Positions 10,301 through 20,786 are shown, counted from the stretch's first letter. The stretch is 64,000 bases of DNA from Desulfatiglandales bacterium (GCA_963666345.1 OY762721.1:2752001-2816000), one strand, 5' to 3'. Numbers and translations are program-made. Notes: generated by a model not told the origin, from the letters alone.

Positions 10301-12112
10301 GATTTCAGAGAAGGTATTGCAGTAATTGCCCGAACCTGTGATATCTGCGGCCTCAAGTACAAGGTCTCCTGCCGAAACCGTGCCCAGAAGCGAGACCGAC
10401 CCCTGCGGAGCTGCCGTCTGATAGAGATTCAGGGTGGCTACACCGATTGATCCGGCCGCCTCCTGTTGAAGGTTCCCGGTGCGGATCGTCAGGGCTCCGT
10501 GGGTGCCGATAATAGAACTGGTTCCCCATACAGGACTGCCCCAGAGTGAGATGAGGTCGCCTGCTTCAAGGGTGAGGGTGCTTTGAGTGAACCACTCGAT
10601 GGTTCCGTTTTCAAACAGGAGCGATGTATCGGCCTGAAGCTGGAGGTTGTTCATTGCCAGGTTCATTGAGACAATTGCCGGGTCCAGATACCGGATATCG
10701 CCTACAGTCTCATCTCCTTCATAGACATCGCTGATCTGTATTGTCTCAGGATCAAGCAGGAGCGTGCCCCACGTGCCTGATTGGGCACGTGTGTCTGTAA
10801 GCCCCTGGTAGTTTAATCCCTGTTTGCCTGAGACCTCCACAAACCCGCCGTCGCCTGAAAGAGCGCCTCCCCGCGCCGAGACGGTACCGCTGAAACTGGT
10901 TTCTCCGTCCGACCAGACGATCACTTCTCCGCCGCTGCCTTCGGCAAGGGCATCGGCCGAGATGGTTACGTCATGATCCACGGACGTCTGGTTCGCGTTG
11001 TGGATATCCGGATTTGAGCCCTGAAAATCTCCTCCGATACGCACGGAGCCGCCGCCAATGTCTGCACTGGCATTGATGCTTGTTCCGTTCTCAAGTGAGA
11101 TCATATCGGCTGTTATTGTTACAGTTCCGCCGCTTGCGTTAGTAGTGGTGCCTGAAACATCGAGGGTCCCGGAATTTAACACGGCTGAAGGGGCCTGCCC
11201 TTCCGCCGCGATGCGAATGTCGCCTCCGCTTCCGTCCGGATTACGGGCCGTTATGGCTCCTGAGTTTTCAATGTTGCTGCCAAGGCTTTTCAACAATACC
11301 CTGCCGTTTTCATTTACCATGCCGGTGGCATGAATCGCCCCGCTGTTGTTGACCGCAAGTGCGTAGATATTGCCGCCCGCGGACTTGAGCTCTGCGCGGC
11401 CCGCCTCGATTAGCCCGCTGTTGTCGACACCGGTGTCTGATGTATCAGACAGGCTCAGCCCTGTTTCGATCACGATTCGCTCATCGCCCGCCCTGGTCAT
11501 CAGTACCTGATTTCCTGCAGCAAGCGCCGCCGTGCCCGCAGGTGCGTTCAAAGTACCGCTGTTTTCGACCTGCCGGGCAACAAGCAGTATATCGCCGCCT
11601 GAGGCGGAGATTATGCCAAGGTTTGAGACCACAGCGGTGGAATCCCCTGAAAAGAAAATATCACCGCCTGCCATAAAGGAGCTGTCCGGCGTATTGAGGG
11701 TCGTTGCGCCAAATGCCGCCGTATCGATGCGGCCCGAAGGCCCTATGACCACCCCGTTGGGATTGATGAGAAACACCAGCCCGTTTGCCTCAAGCGTGCC
11801 GTTAAGCTGAGAGGATAGTGCCCCCGTAACCCGGTTGAGAACAGCCGAGCCGGTTGAGGGCTGGACAAAGCGGGTCAGTTCTCCTGAATTGATTGAAAAC
11901 CCCTGCCAGTTGATGACGGCCCGTTCACTTGCCTGATTTACGGTAAGAGCGCCTGGTTGCTGCTGAATGGTCGCCTGGCCGGCCACCACCTGGCCCCCTT
12001 CAGGATTGGCTGAAACCGGAGGGGATAAGGAGAGAATGATAAAAAGGAGTATAAACGAAATGGATAAACCTTGGAAAAGAGAAAACCGTGGCCCAGAGTT
12101 TTGCAAAATCAT
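7391..12112 (-). CDS. TpsA filamentous-haemagglutinin-like exoprotein with MBG-like repeats
   Basis: Signal peptide then ANPEGGQVVAG; TPS domain (INWQGFSI, LNRV, NPNG); GGFVEVSG/LLLDP motif; six repeats. Confidence 0.9.
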   Translation of the reverse strand: MILQNSGPRFSLFQGLSISFILLFIILSLSPPVSANPEGGQVVAGQATIQQQPGALTVNQASERAVINWQGFSINSGELTRFVQPSTGSAVLNRVTGALSSQLNGTLEANGLVFLINPNGVVIGPSGRIDTAAFGATTLNTPDSSFMAGGDIFFSGDSTAVVSNLGIISASGGDILLVARQVENSGTLNAPAGTAALAAGNQVLMTRAGDERIVIETGLSLSDTSDTGVDNSGLIEAGRAELKSAGGNIYALAVNNSGAIHATGMVNENGRVLLKSLGSNIENSGAITARNPDGSGGDIRIAAEGQAPSAVLNSGTLDVSGTTTNASGGTVTITADMISLENGTSINASADIGGGSVRIGGDFQGSNPDIHNANQTSVDHDVTISADALAEGSGGEVIVWSDGETSFSGTVSARGGALSGDGGFVEVSGKQGLNYQGLTDTRAQSGTWGTLLLDPETIQISDVYEGDETVGDIRYLDPAIVSMNLAMNNLQLQADTSLLFENGTIEWFTQSTLTLEAGDLISLWGSPVWGTSSIIGTHGALTIRTGNLQQEAAGSIGVATLNLYQTAAPQGSVSLLGTVSAGDLVLEAADITGSGNYCNTFSEITINNSNNSIDTVTFSLDDDPLDDQVPFWARFSNVDIYTQGDLTIDCQQQYDSFGGGLEQPLLRFANPVVLQAEGNITLSAGTRLAMDLGESGLALVAGGNFVNLSDADALTATDGTSRFNIYSTDPRNDTWSGLSGYKHYNTPFDPDSPALGQQAAFAYTLWPTLTLTVNDTDMTYGGFYPNFTVDFDGLIAGDVRNNSTNFSYDTEATATSPVGDYQVSTGATNGPLLSNAEGYNLVYEAGTLTIDPATLTIQPQDFTRTYGQENPTNFQVGFTGFVLDEDESVVTGLSVGTDATQQSDAGQHTISASGAQAANYDIIFVDGTLTVEQAPLVIKADDAVRRIGDPDPDFTISCQGLMAWDQDAEGNPNDGVIENLLFNVEGSPGSDAPSGTYLIMVSATSTNYDITNCAYDDLGALIIKEPYQLIISADDKSRLYGTANPALTLSFDGFEDGDDASVVTGLVLDTTATVNSGIGTYPITISDSGYSLPAYYTVVLMDGSFTIDPALITIQALDDQVTYGSSLPELSATVTGLLMGDTLDTPYEFTLPAGRLEVGTHPISISGGTAANYTISRLDGTLTVTPASLTVSADDAQMIEGQAYPAFTATASGLQYDDTIAVVSGLNLVPVSQITMGGAGLPVTTPAPEGTMFINQSGTLTAQNYAPITFQPGVLTITERQPEVITITVIETDLDTSGSGGNGSGLPFDLTPLPFGVPSEGQGFIQYAAKLFIMKAGLDVSDISEWLKDPANRALMAGELFDLLRAPIKEGTALYNQREVFKTYLEDQVREMKVAIAKDAVARYNAWKAEQQEGSNRLLGLLGGTLETPEVDFLELAAAEHLCEMVSVTALSTLAANTAFMVATSTVAGFGGYIGTYFTAEAGTAAAAYASKLVAAGISSSIAGAATSVVAGAIFAIAGSVTRGLQVAAYDKVEDKYANLVSDAQNFDIDAFCNGDDTDQEQIMNFLFISALS
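8275..9815 (-). repeat. six tandem MBG/YDG-like Ig domains within TpsA (approximate bounds)
   Basis: Recurrent protein motif (P)AxLxIxAxDxxxxYG...P...G.L....GTLTI appears six times. Confidence 0.7.
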
Positions 12113-12742
12113 GAAATCCTTTGCGTGGCAGCATCAGCAGTAGTATTTTAAGAGAGCATCAACTATTAAGCGGCTATATAACTTCGATCAGCGAGTATTG
12201 AATCGCATTGAGATGGAGCATTTATAAGGTCCTTGAGCCATATCGGATATATTGATTCCTTTGTCAAGATATTTAGACTGAATCCATTGATGTTCATTTT
12301 GTGATAAACACGACATCTTTTATAAATACCTGGATTTATTTGCAAGGTCAGGCAAGACAAAAAATGGAAGCGGGGGCACTTGAGGTAATCAGGGGACCCC
12401 GGGGGATTGGGTCGTGCGCGCTATCTGGTATATGATGGGTCTTTCACATGTTTTTGAGATCTGGAATTTTACTTTTACTTGTTTGAATTGTGCCTGCCAC
12501 CATGCTTTACCGCAGAGATGCGGAGCGCTTGCGTCTTGAATTGGCTTATGGTAGTCAGGGCTGAAGCCTTTAGTCTGAACGCATGCAGGATAAGAGGTGA
12601 AAAACAGAATCGACCAGAAAAGAAACCTGATAAAAAGGATTCTGATAATCGAAGAAAAACTGAGGCGTTCAGCTTTCAAGCCCCCCATGATTTATCGTTC
12701 TGGGTTTAAGGGAAGGAAAACAACATCGGGCAAGGAGCCAAC

Positions 12743-14185
12743 ATGAAAGAAGTGAGGAAGTATCAAGGCATTGCAAGAGAAAAGGCATTTGAAGATCTTC
12801 CCCCGGAATGGCCTGGAGAACTGCTGCCTGAAATAAAATCATATGTCTCTTCCAGCGGGCGTAAGCTCGTGGTGCTCGATGATGATCCTACCGGCACCCA
12901 GACGGTTCACGGCGTTTGCCTGCTTACCGACTGGACTGTAGAGACATTGGAGACGCAGCTATCCAGTGATAAGCCTGCATTCTATATCCTGACCAATTCT
13001 CGAAGTTTTACTCTTGATGCGGCTCAATCCATTAACAGCGAGATCGGTCGGAATCTGGTCGAGGCCGCGCGCCGGGTAAAGTGCCAATTTGAAGTGGTAA
13101 GCCGCAGTGATTCAACCTTACGGGGGCATTTCCCGGGTGAATTGGATGCACTGGAAAAGGCCCTTGAAAAAGACTTTGACGGCCGGATTATAATGCCGTT
13201 TTTCCCCGAGGGGGGCCGCTATACCATCGACGGCATCCATTACGTGGATGAAGGGGGATGGCTGATACCGGCTGCCGAGACCGAGTTTGCAAAAGATCAC
13301 GCGTTCGGCTACCGATCATCTGATTTGTGCCGGTGGGTGGAAGAAAAGACAGGCGGCAGGATCAGCGCGGATGATGTGACCCTGGTTTCAATCAGAGATC
13401 TTCGTGAAGGCGGGCCGGAGCGGGTCTTAACCATCCTGTCTCAATTTAAGCACAACAGGGTCTGCGTGGTTGATTCAGTCAGTTACCGCGATCTTGAAGT
13501 ATTTATCCTCGGGTTGCTGAAGGCTGAGGAGAAGGGAAAAAATTTTCTTTACCGGACAGCCGCCTCTTTTGTTCAAGTGCGTTCCGGCCTTACACCCCGC
13601 CCCCTGCTTACCGTCAAAGAGCTTAACCTGCCGGATGCCGCAGGCGGTCTGATCGTGGTCGGTTCCTATGTCCCCCGTACCTCGGAGCAGCTTGACAAGC
13701 TTTTATCAAAGACCGGTACCATCCGGGCGGAGGTAGGTGTTCCAGCCTTGATTGACGACAACCTCCGGGAGGGTGAAATCGAGAGGGTCGCGCAAAAGAT
13801 TGATTCGGCACTGAGTGACGGCAAAGATGCTGTAATCTACACGAGTCGTGAACTGGTGATGGAAAAGGATGCAGCAGGCAGCCTGGCTATAGGGAAGAGC
13901 ATCTCAATGGGACTGGTGGATATATTAAATAAGATATCCTCTACCCCAGGTTATATCCTTTCCAAAGGGGGTATTACTTCAAGTGATTTGGCTACCGTTG
14001 CATTAGGAGTCAAACAGGCTATGGTTTGCGGGCAGATACTGCCCGGGGTTCCGGTCTGGAAGCTTGGAAAAGAGAGCCGTTATCCAGGATTGATGTATAT
14101 TGTTTTTCCCGGAAATGTGGGTGACTCAAATGCCCTGGCGGATATTATCGAAAGATTGAAAATCCGTTCCAATACCGGGTCTTGA
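12743..14185 (+). CDS. DUF1537 four-carbon acid sugar kinase family protein
   Basis: VVLDDDPTGTQT, SRSDSTLRGH, VVGSYV, KGGITSSD, GQILPGVP, FPGNVG. Confidence 0.9.
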   Translation: MKEVRKYQGIAREKAFEDLPPEWPGELLPEIKSYVSSSGRKLVVLDDDPTGTQTVHGVCLLTDWTVETLETQLSSDKPAFYILTNSRSFTLDAAQSINSEIGRNLVEAARRVKCQFEVVSRSDSTLRGHFPGELDALEKALEKDFDGRIIMPFFPEGGRYTIDGIHYVDEGGWLIPAAETEFAKDHAFGYRSSDLCRWVEEKTGGRISADDVTLVSIRDLREGGPERVLTILSQFKHNRVCVVDSVSYRDLEVFILGLLKAEEKGKNFLYRTAASFVQVRSGLTPRPLLTVKELNLPDAAGGLIVVGSYVPRTSEQLDKLLSKTGTIRAEVGVPALIDDNLREGEIERVAQKIDSALSDGKDAVIYTSRELVMEKDAAGSLAIGKSISMGLVDILNKISSTPGYILSKGGITSSDLATVALGVKQAMVCGQILPGVPVWKLGKESRYPGLMYIVFPGNVGDSNALADIIERLKIRSNTGS

Positions 14186-14379
14186 TTCAATAAAGACAAA
14201 GGGGGCTTGAATATCGATTTAACCGGTTGTGTTTCTGGATAAGACCTTTCGCGCTCAAGTGTGCCGGGGTAAGGGCAGGGAGCAAACTAATCGAAAAAGG
14301 ATCTTGAATTTCGATATCTAAGGCTCCTGTTATGCCATTGGTCGGTTCAGGGCTTTATAGCCAGACAAAGGAAGGAAAT

Positions 14380-15204
14380 ATGTCGGGAGAAGATAAAAAA
14401 GCGATACTGGCAAATAAATTTTACGAGGCCTTTTACAGAAGGGAGTGGACAGGTGAGCCTGAACCTCCTGTCTTCACATTATCGATAAACGATGCCTACG
14501 AAGTCCAGGATCTGGTGACACGGATGAGGGTCAATAAGGGTGAGAGTGTCGCCGGCTTTAAGGTGGGTTGTACGAGCCGGGCAATCCGTTCACAATTCGG
14601 CCTGAAAGAGCCGATTAACGGGAGGATATTTAACCCGCATGTCCATAAACAAGGGGTCGAACTCAACTGGAAGGATTACGGCAGCTGCGCGATAGAGCCT
14701 GAGATGGTGCTGAAGATCGGCAGGGACCTTAAAGGTGAGGGCATGAGCGATGACCGGCTTATCGAAGCGATAGAATGGGTCAGCCCCGGGATCGAGATCC
14801 ATAATTTCAGGTTCTGGTTTGAGCCTGCCACCTCTCAGGAATTGATATGCTCAGGGGGAATTCACACAGGTCTTGTAGTAGGAGATGCAAAAGTTTCCCC
14901 CAAAGAGTTGTCATTTGGAAATGAACTGTTTTCCGTCTTTAAGGACGGAATGCCTGTCACCAAAGGGCCGGCATCGGAGATCATGGGCGGGCCGCTTAAC
15001 TCTTTGAGATGGCTGGTGGAGTTTCTGACTAAAAAAGGCATGTGCCTTAAGAAAGGCAGCCTGGTGATCCCCGGCTCGCCTGTCGAACTGGTGAGTATAG
15101 ACCGTGATACGGAACTAAGAATAGAAATCGAACGAGTCGGGGCCCTGGTTACCAATTTTAAAGAAACAAAGATCGTAACGCAAACCGAGAGTCCTGAATC
15201 GTGA
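14380..15204 (+). CDS. 2-keto-4-pentenoate hydratase-like, FAH superfamily
   Basis: DAYEVQ, GFKVGCTS, EPI.G, IEPE, IEI, GGPLNSLRWL; start chosen after GGAAGG RBS. Confidence 0.8.
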   Translation: MSGEDKKAILANKFYEAFYRREWTGEPEPPVFTLSINDAYEVQDLVTRMRVNKGESVAGFKVGCTSRAIRSQFGLKEPINGRIFNPHVHKQGVELNWKDYGSCAIEPEMVLKIGRDLKGEGMSDDRLIEAIEWVSPGIEIHNFRFWFEPATSQELICSGGIHTGLVVGDAKVSPKELSFGNELFSVFKDGMPVTKGPASEIMGGPLNSLRWLVEFLTKKGMCLKKGSLVIPGSPVELVSIDRDTELRIEIERVGALVTNFKETKIVTQTESPES

Positions 15205-15339
15205 ATTGAGTCAACGCAGCCGGGGATAGAGTCTTTCGTTTGCACACAGAGAGGGTTAAAGGAAAGAATCGAGCAATAGGAAAAACATGAGGAAAGGGTG
15301 AGCCTGCCCCTGAACCCGATAACGATATATTGCCCGGCA

Positions 15340-16191
15340 TCAAAGATACTTGTTTATGACGTTGTTTACATAATCAATGGAGTTTTTAAGACTCCGGCGG
15401 ATGTATGCCAGATCGGGCGTGCGCCGGGAGCGGGTTACAAGGAAGTCCTCCGAAGCTTCATACATAAACAGATGTTCTATGCTCAGGGGAAGAATCCTTT
15501 TATCTTCTACAAGTTCCTTGAATATCTTATCGTAGTCTATCTGTCCCTCTCCGATTCCGGAGAAATCCCAGCCGCCCTCTCTTTTTTTTATATCCTTGAG
15601 GTGAAGGTAGCAGGCATAGGGAAGCGCCTTCTTGTAATCAAGGGCGGGATCTATTGATCCCTTGGAATAGGTGACAGAATTTCCGAAGTCGTAATTAAGC
15701 CTAACGAAATCAGAGCCGATTCGGGACACGATTTCGGCACCGGTTTTGCCTGAAGTAATAATTTGATCCGTCCCCTCTGCCGGGTTTTCAAGCCCTATGA
15801 TAATATTCATGTCCTCTGCATATCCGGCTAGTTCTTCGATGTTTCTGCGAAATGTTTTAATACGGGATCTGGGACCGACTTTGGTATTCACGATCCTGAC
15901 CCCAAGCCTTTTTCCAAAATCAATCCTTCTCTTGAGCTCATCAACCGCCTCCTGGGTAGTAAGATCTATATGTGCGGATAATACGATGCTTTTCAGCCCC
16001 AGATCAGATAATTGAAGACCTATCTGTTGAGCGGATTTTTCACTGAAAAGGGCCTCTTTCAACCCGTCTGTATAGCCGCGGGTAAAGCCCAGCTCCACAT
16101 GAACGGGACCTAATTTGGCTATTTCGTGAAGCGCGGTGGAAAGTTCGTATCCCTCATAGGCCAGTGTATTGATCGATATAACTGCATCCAT
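15340..16191 (-). CDS. sugar phosphate isomerase/epimerase (xylose-isomerase-like TIM barrel)
   Basis: GLEN, NYDFGN, HLKD, GEGQIDY and SIEH metal-binding motifs. Confidence 0.85.
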   Translation of the reverse strand: MDAVISINTLAYEGYELSTALHEIAKLGPVHVELGFTRGYTDGLKEALFSEKSAQQIGLQLSDLGLKSIVLSAHIDLTTQEAVDELKRRIDFGKRLGVRIVNTKVGPRSRIKTFRRNIEELAGYAEDMNIIIGLENPAEGTDQIITSGKTGAEIVSRIGSDFVRLNYDFGNSVTYSKGSIDPALDYKKALPYACYLHLKDIKKREGGWDFSGIGEGQIDYDKIFKELVEDKRILPLSIEHLFMYEASEDFLVTRSRRTPDLAYIRRSLKNSIDYVNNVINKYL

Positions 16192-16214
16192 TGGTTCGTC
16201 CTTTTCCTTGGCTT

Positions 16215-16874
16215 TTATGCCCTGACCCTGTGAACCAAGGCATCCATGGCAAGCGGGGGGCTCTTTAGAACGGGAAGGCCGGTTATTTCCCCGATCTCTT
16301 CGGCCAGATGGCCCATGGATGCCTGGGCAAGGACAATGACTTCCGCCTTGCCTCTTAATTCACCTGCCGCGTCTTTGACCAAACGATCGTGGGTCGGCAT
16401 ATCTCCCCTTAAAAAACATATAAATGCCTCCGCCATAAGTGTCTGATGTATATTTACCTTTTTTCCGGCCTCCTCCGCCTTTTCCTTAATGAGTCCTATG
16501 CTGGGGGTCATGGTCGTCTTGGCGGTTGCAAGCACGCCGATATCAACCGCCATGGAAACCGCCTTTTCGGCCATCGGCTCATCGATCTTCATAACCGGAA
16601 CATTAACCATCCTGCGTGCGACATCAATGCCTGGCGCCACGCTTGAGCATGTGAACATGATCAACTCCGCGCCTGCTTCTTCGGCCAGACAGATCTGATT
16701 GCAGAGGCGCTTCAGGATCAGGGGCGTAAGCCCGTCCATTTCAAGCGTCTCCTGAATAAGGCTGTCATCCACGATGTGAAATGTGGATATGCCCGGAAGC
16801 CGCTCGGCTATCATCGGTTTAAACATGTCCGCTATTGCCACACCGGTATGAACGAAACCGATTTTTTTAAACAT
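16215..16874 (-). CDS. Asp/Glu/hydantoin racemase-family protein
   Basis: IGFVHT, FTCSS, KIDEPM, VLATAKTT, VLAQASM, PVLKSP. Confidence 0.8.
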   Translation of the reverse strand: MFKKIGFVHTGVAIADMFKPMIAERLPGISTFHIVDDSLIQETLEMDGLTPLILKRLCNQICLAEEAGAELIMFTCSSVAPGIDVARRMVNVPVMKIDEPMAEKAVSMAVDIGVLATAKTTMTPSIGLIKEKAEEAGKKVNIHQTLMAEAFICFLRGDMPTHDRLVKDAAGELRGKAEVIVLAQASMGHLAEEIGEITGLPVLKSPPLAMDALVHRVRA

Positions 16875-16937
16875 TTTAAAACCTCCTTAAGATGTCTTGA
16901 TTCGATTGCTTTTCTTACCCTTTAGCAATCAGATCCG

Positions 16938-18833
16938 TCAACCGACATATCCCATCAGCCTGGGAAGCCACAGGGTAAAGCCCGGAAAAAGTGCAATAAT
17001 AAGGGTCATTCCATAGATCAGGGCAAGAAAGGGCCATACGTCGTTCATTACTTCCTCAATGGTGGTTTGGGCCAGGTTGCATGCAATAAAGAGCCCCAGC
17101 GCCACAGGAGGGGTGAGCAGGGCCAGCTGCACAATCATCACCACCAGAAGACCGAAATGGTGGGGGTCTATCCCAAAGGCGGTGGCGGCCGGCGCAAAGA
17201 CAGGAACCAGCATTATCATGGTGGCCACCGCCTCAAGGACGAACCCTATGATCAAAAGGACGGTCAGAACAAGCAGGAGAAAGACATAGCGGTTTGTAGT
17301 CACCCCCTGAAGAAAGGCTGTGATTGCCTCAGGGGCCTGGTAGATGGACAGGGTATAGGTGATTATTTTGGCACAGCCAAGTACAAGAAATATAACCGCA
17401 CTCATTATGGAGCATTCAAGAAGACAATCCTTGAGAAGCTGCCATGTAAGCCTTCTTTTGATCACCACCCCTACAAAGAGGCCGTATACCGCTGCGATGG
17501 CCCCTGCCTCGGTCGGAGTAAAGACTCCTCCCATGATTCCAAGCAGTATAATGACCGGAATCAGAAGACCCCAGAAGGCCTTGAACCCGCTTTTAAAGAC
17601 AAGCCGAAGATCAAATCCCGCCTTATTGACAGGGTAGTTGCGACGGATGGAGTAGAAGTGGGTAAGGACCATCATGGCAAGCCCGATCAGGACTCCCGGT
17701 ATGGCGCCGCACATGAAAAGGCCGCCGATGGAGACATCCCCCGGTGCTGCATAGGCGTATATTATCATCCCTACGCTTGGCGGGATGATCGGGCCGACTA
17801 TGGAGGAAGACGCGGTTATGACAGCGCTGAATTTGCTATCATAGCCGTTTTTTTTCATAGCCGGTATCATCATGGAGCCAATGGCCGCTGTATCGGCCAG
17901 GGCAGCCCCGGAAACGCCGGCAAAGAACATGCTGGCGACTATGTTGGTATGGGCAAGACCGCCTGGAAACTGTCCTACCATGGAATCTGAAAAATTGACC
18001 AAGTCCTGCACCACGCCGCTTTTCTCAACCAGGAGCCCCGTCAGTATGAATGCGGTTATCGCCATCAGGGCAAAGGGGCTGATACCCCCGAAGATGAGTG
18101 TTGGAACTGCGAGGAGCGGCAGGTCTTCCGATATGATGAAAAAGGTGACCCCGGTAATTCCCAGACTGAATGCAACAGGCATCCCGATCACGACAGTAAA
18201 GGCAAAGCATGAAAGAAGGATGAAAAAAACGGCGTTTGAACAGCCTGAATAGTGGGAGATAATGGACCCAACCAGTACCCCGAAAGATACAACCACAAAT
18301 CCTATGCTCCAGCCTGAGTTCCTTTCCCCTGATTCAGCTTTTGAGGCGCCCTGCTGTCTCAGCTCCCTTATCGTGGAGATTAGATTCCTGATCAGAAAGA
18401 CCCCCATCAATATGCAGCCGACGGGAATGCTGAGATAAAACCAGAACATGGATACCCTCCTCATGGTGGGGATATAGGCGGTCCACTGGTTGGGCAGAAG
18501 CAGGATGCCGTAGATCATCAAAAGGGCCAAAAAGATAAGCACACAGATCTCAAAAAAGAATTCAAGTCGCAGCTGGTTGCCTCTACTCAGTTTTTTGGTG
18601 AAGAGATTTATACTGATATGGCGTTTCTGATCCAGCGCGATACTTGATGCGAAAAAGACCACCACAACCATGAGGTAGCGAGTTAGGTCCTCTCCAAAAG
18701 GCAGGCCTGAGTTGAATATATAACGTAGAACCACGTTTATGAAGACCGATAGGATCAGAAGGGCGCAACATGTTGCGGCGATAAATCGTATAGCCTTGCG
18801 AAAGATTTCAAGTGTCATTTTTATCCATATCAA
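16938..18833 (-). CDS. TRAP transporter fused small+large permease (DctQ-DctM)
   Basis: N-terminal DctQ (VVLRYIF, HISI) fused to DctM (FAGVSGAALAD, PIIPPS, TPTEAG, TPPVA). Confidence 0.9.
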   Translation of the reverse strand: MIWIKMTLEIFRKAIRFIAATCCALLILSVFINVVLRYIFNSGLPFGEDLTRYLMVVVVFFASSIALDQKRHISINLFTKKLSRGNQLRLEFFFEICVLIFLALLMIYGILLLPNQWTAYIPTMRRVSMFWFYLSIPVGCILMGVFLIRNLISTIRELRQQGASKAESGERNSGWSIGFVVVSFGVLVGSIISHYSGCSNAVFFILLSCFAFTVVIGMPVAFSLGITGVTFFIISEDLPLLAVPTLIFGGISPFALMAITAFILTGLLVEKSGVVQDLVNFSDSMVGQFPGGLAHTNIVASMFFAGVSGAALADTAAIGSMMIPAMKKNGYDSKFSAVITASSSIVGPIIPPSVGMIIYAYAAPGDVSIGGLFMCGAIPGVLIGLAMMVLTHFYSIRRNYPVNKAGFDLRLVFKSGFKAFWGLLIPVIILLGIMGGVFTPTEAGAIAAVYGLFVGVVIKRRLTWQLLKDCLLECSIMSAVIFLVLGCAKIITYTLSIYQAPEAITAFLQGVTTNRYVFLLLVLTVLLIIGFVLEAVATMIMLVPVFAPAATAFGIDPHHFGLLVVMIVQLALLTPPVALGLFIACNLAQTTIEEVMNDVWPFLALIYGMTLIIALFPGFTLWLPRLMGYVG

Positions 18834-18872
18834 TCTGTACAGGATTACGATAAACGGTTTGAATCAGGCCCG

Positions 18873-18902
18873 GGCAGCCCATCCGTAAAGGGACGGGCTG
18901 CC
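18873..18902 (-). other. GC-rich stem-loop between dctP and dctQM (mRNA stabiliser or partial terminator)
   Basis: GGCAGCCCATCC..GGGACGGGCTGCC inverted repeat. Confidence 0.5.
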
Positions 18903-18925
18903 GGTCTATTTGACAAAGGGGTACG

Positions 18926-19951
18926 CTATTTTTGGGCCCAGATGACCATGTCGATCAACTCTTTTGTCTTGGGGCCAAGGTCCTTTTTTTTGAGGACCGT
19001 CGGAAAGACCTTCTCGTAGGTCACTTTCCTGAACCGGTCAAGTTCGCATTCCGGAATCTCGTTGATTTTCATACCCGCCTTTTTCAGCTTCTCAAGGCAC
19101 TCGGCATTGGCCTCTGTCATTTTTGCCCTCTGCCATTTTTCGGCCTTTTTGGCGGCTACATCAACCATAAGGCGGAGATCTTCAGGCAGCTTGTCATAGT
19201 ACTTCTTGCTCAGCACCACGATGCCCGGCTCATTCATGTGCTTGGTAAATGAATAATACTTGTTCATTTCATAGACCTTGCCCAGCCAGACAAAGAAGGG
19301 GGGATTTTCCTGTCCCTCAACAACGCCCTTTTTCATTGCCTCGAACAATTCGGCCCAGTCGATATGCATCGGATTGACTCCCACCTCCTTGAAGAAGGCC
19401 ATGACACTGGGACTCGGCAATACCCTGAGTTTGAGGCCGTTGAGGTCTTCGAGCTTCTGGATCGGCCTTTTGTCGTTGGTTACACTTCGAAAGCCGTTTT
19501 TGTACCAGCCCAGGTTGTGGAAATTGGCCTTGGCCAGCCTCTCTTCGATATAATCACCGATAGGACCGTCAAGGACTCCGAACATGCTTTCATCGCTTTT
19601 GAAGATGTATGCAAGCACGGTCAATCCGATCTCCGGGGTGTATGTGGAAAGCTGAGCAGAGCCGGGGATGGCGGCTTCAAGTGTATTGTTTCTTACCATT
19701 TCGCAAACTTCGCGCGTATTTCCCAGTGTGGCGCTGTGATGGACGGATACGTCTATGCGGCCGTTCGTGAGCGCTTCAAGCTCTTTTTCAAAATATTGTG
19801 CCGCCTGGACCCAAGGACTTACCGGTTTATGACTGCAGGCGATCCGAAGTTTATATTCTGCTGCAAATATCTGTGTGGTAGTAAATGATATCAAGAGCAG
19901 CATAGCCAAAAAAAGTGCAACCTTTACCGAAAAATATCCTGATTTTTTCAT
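18926..19951 (-). CDS. TRAP substrate-binding protein DctP
   Basis: GGAGG RBS before MKKSGYF; signal peptide; NGFR, GLKLRV (carboxylate-binding Arg), GVVEGQENP. Confidence 0.9.
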   Translation of the reverse strand: MKKSGYFSVKVALFLAMLLLISFTTTQIFAAEYKLRIACSHKPVSPWVQAAQYFEKELEALTNGRIDVSVHHSATLGNTREVCEMVRNNTLEAAIPGSAQLSTYTPEIGLTVLAYIFKSDESMFGVLDGPIGDYIEERLAKANFHNLGWYKNGFRSVTNDKRPIQKLEDLNGLKLRVLPSPSVMAFFKEVGVNPMHIDWAELFEAMKKGVVEGQENPPFFVWLGKVYEMNKYYSFTKHMNEPGIVVLSKKYYDKLPEDLRLMVDVAAKKAEKWQRAKMTEANAECLEKLKKAGMKINEIPECELDRFRKVTYEKVFPTVLKKKDLGPKTKELIDMVIWAQK

Positions 19952-20063
19952 AAGTCCTCCTTTTTTTGTTTTTGGTTTCAACAAATAGATCCACCCTGTT
20001 GCCATATTGCCCGGAAAGGCGTGTCTCTTTCTGCCCGAGCATTGTTGGCAATATTCCATGCGC

Positions 20064-20786
20064 CTAGAGCCTGTCTTGTTCCTCCTTTTCAAGTTCTTTT
20101 ATGAATCTTTCCCTTCCCTGTCTCATATGACGACGCATGAGATCCTCCGCCGTATCCTCGTCCCGGTTACAGATAGCCTGGATCATGTCCAGATGTTCCT
20201 GGATCGTCTCCCTTGGATGCCTGACAAATCCACCGGGAAGATCCGTATGGTAGGTAAAGATTACAACCGCATACGCCTTGAAAACGCTGGAGAAGATTTC
20301 ACCTCCCGCGACGTCCATCAGGAACTCATGGAAGCCCTGGTCATCCTTGGCATAGACTGCAAGCGCCTCTGAGTCGCCTTCGACATCGGCATCCTTAAAG
20401 AACTCTCGCAGTTCCTTCATCTGAGGTTCGGTAATGCGGGAGGCCGCCCTCCTTGCACCCAGTGCCTCCAGCGCTTCCCTCAGGTCAAGTACGTCTATTA
20501 TCTCCCGTTTGGAAAATGTGCGGACATAGTGGCCCCGCCTTGGCCTTGTCTCTATAAGCATTTCCCTTTCAAGCATCTTGAGTGCGATCACAATCGGGGT
20601 GCGGCTTACACCCAGGTCCGTCTTTAACTGATCGATTATAATCTTATCTCCTGCCATTAATTTGCGGTCCAAGATCAATGACTTGATAATGTCATATACT
20701 TCAAGCTCCAGATTCCTTCTAAGGCCTAATTTATCCATAAATTCAACCGTTCCGTTTGTTTGGGGTTTATTTTTGTTGTTGTTCAA
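20064..20786 (-). CDS. GntR/FadR-family transcriptional regulator
   Basis: HTH LGVSRTPI..AL..LE; FCD domain (REALE, FHEFL, EHLDM). Confidence 0.9.
   Translation of the reverse strand: MNNNKNKPQTNGTVEFMDKLGLRRNLELEVYDIIKSLILDRKLMAGDKIIIDQLKTDLGVSRTPIVIALKMLEREMLIETRPRRGHYVRTFSKREIIDVLDLREALEALGARRAASRITEPQMKELREFFKDADVEGDSEALAVYAKDDQGFHEFLMDVAGGEIFSSVFKAYAVVIFTYHTDLPGGFVRHPRETIQEHLDMIQAICNRDEDTAEDLMRRHMRQGRERFIKELEKEEQDRL

Noticed and set aside
17067..17990. Long antisense ORFs (also 22525-23442, 54753-55799, 41372-42007)
   Set aside because: They are shadows of well-supported genes on the opposite strand and have no recognisable motifs
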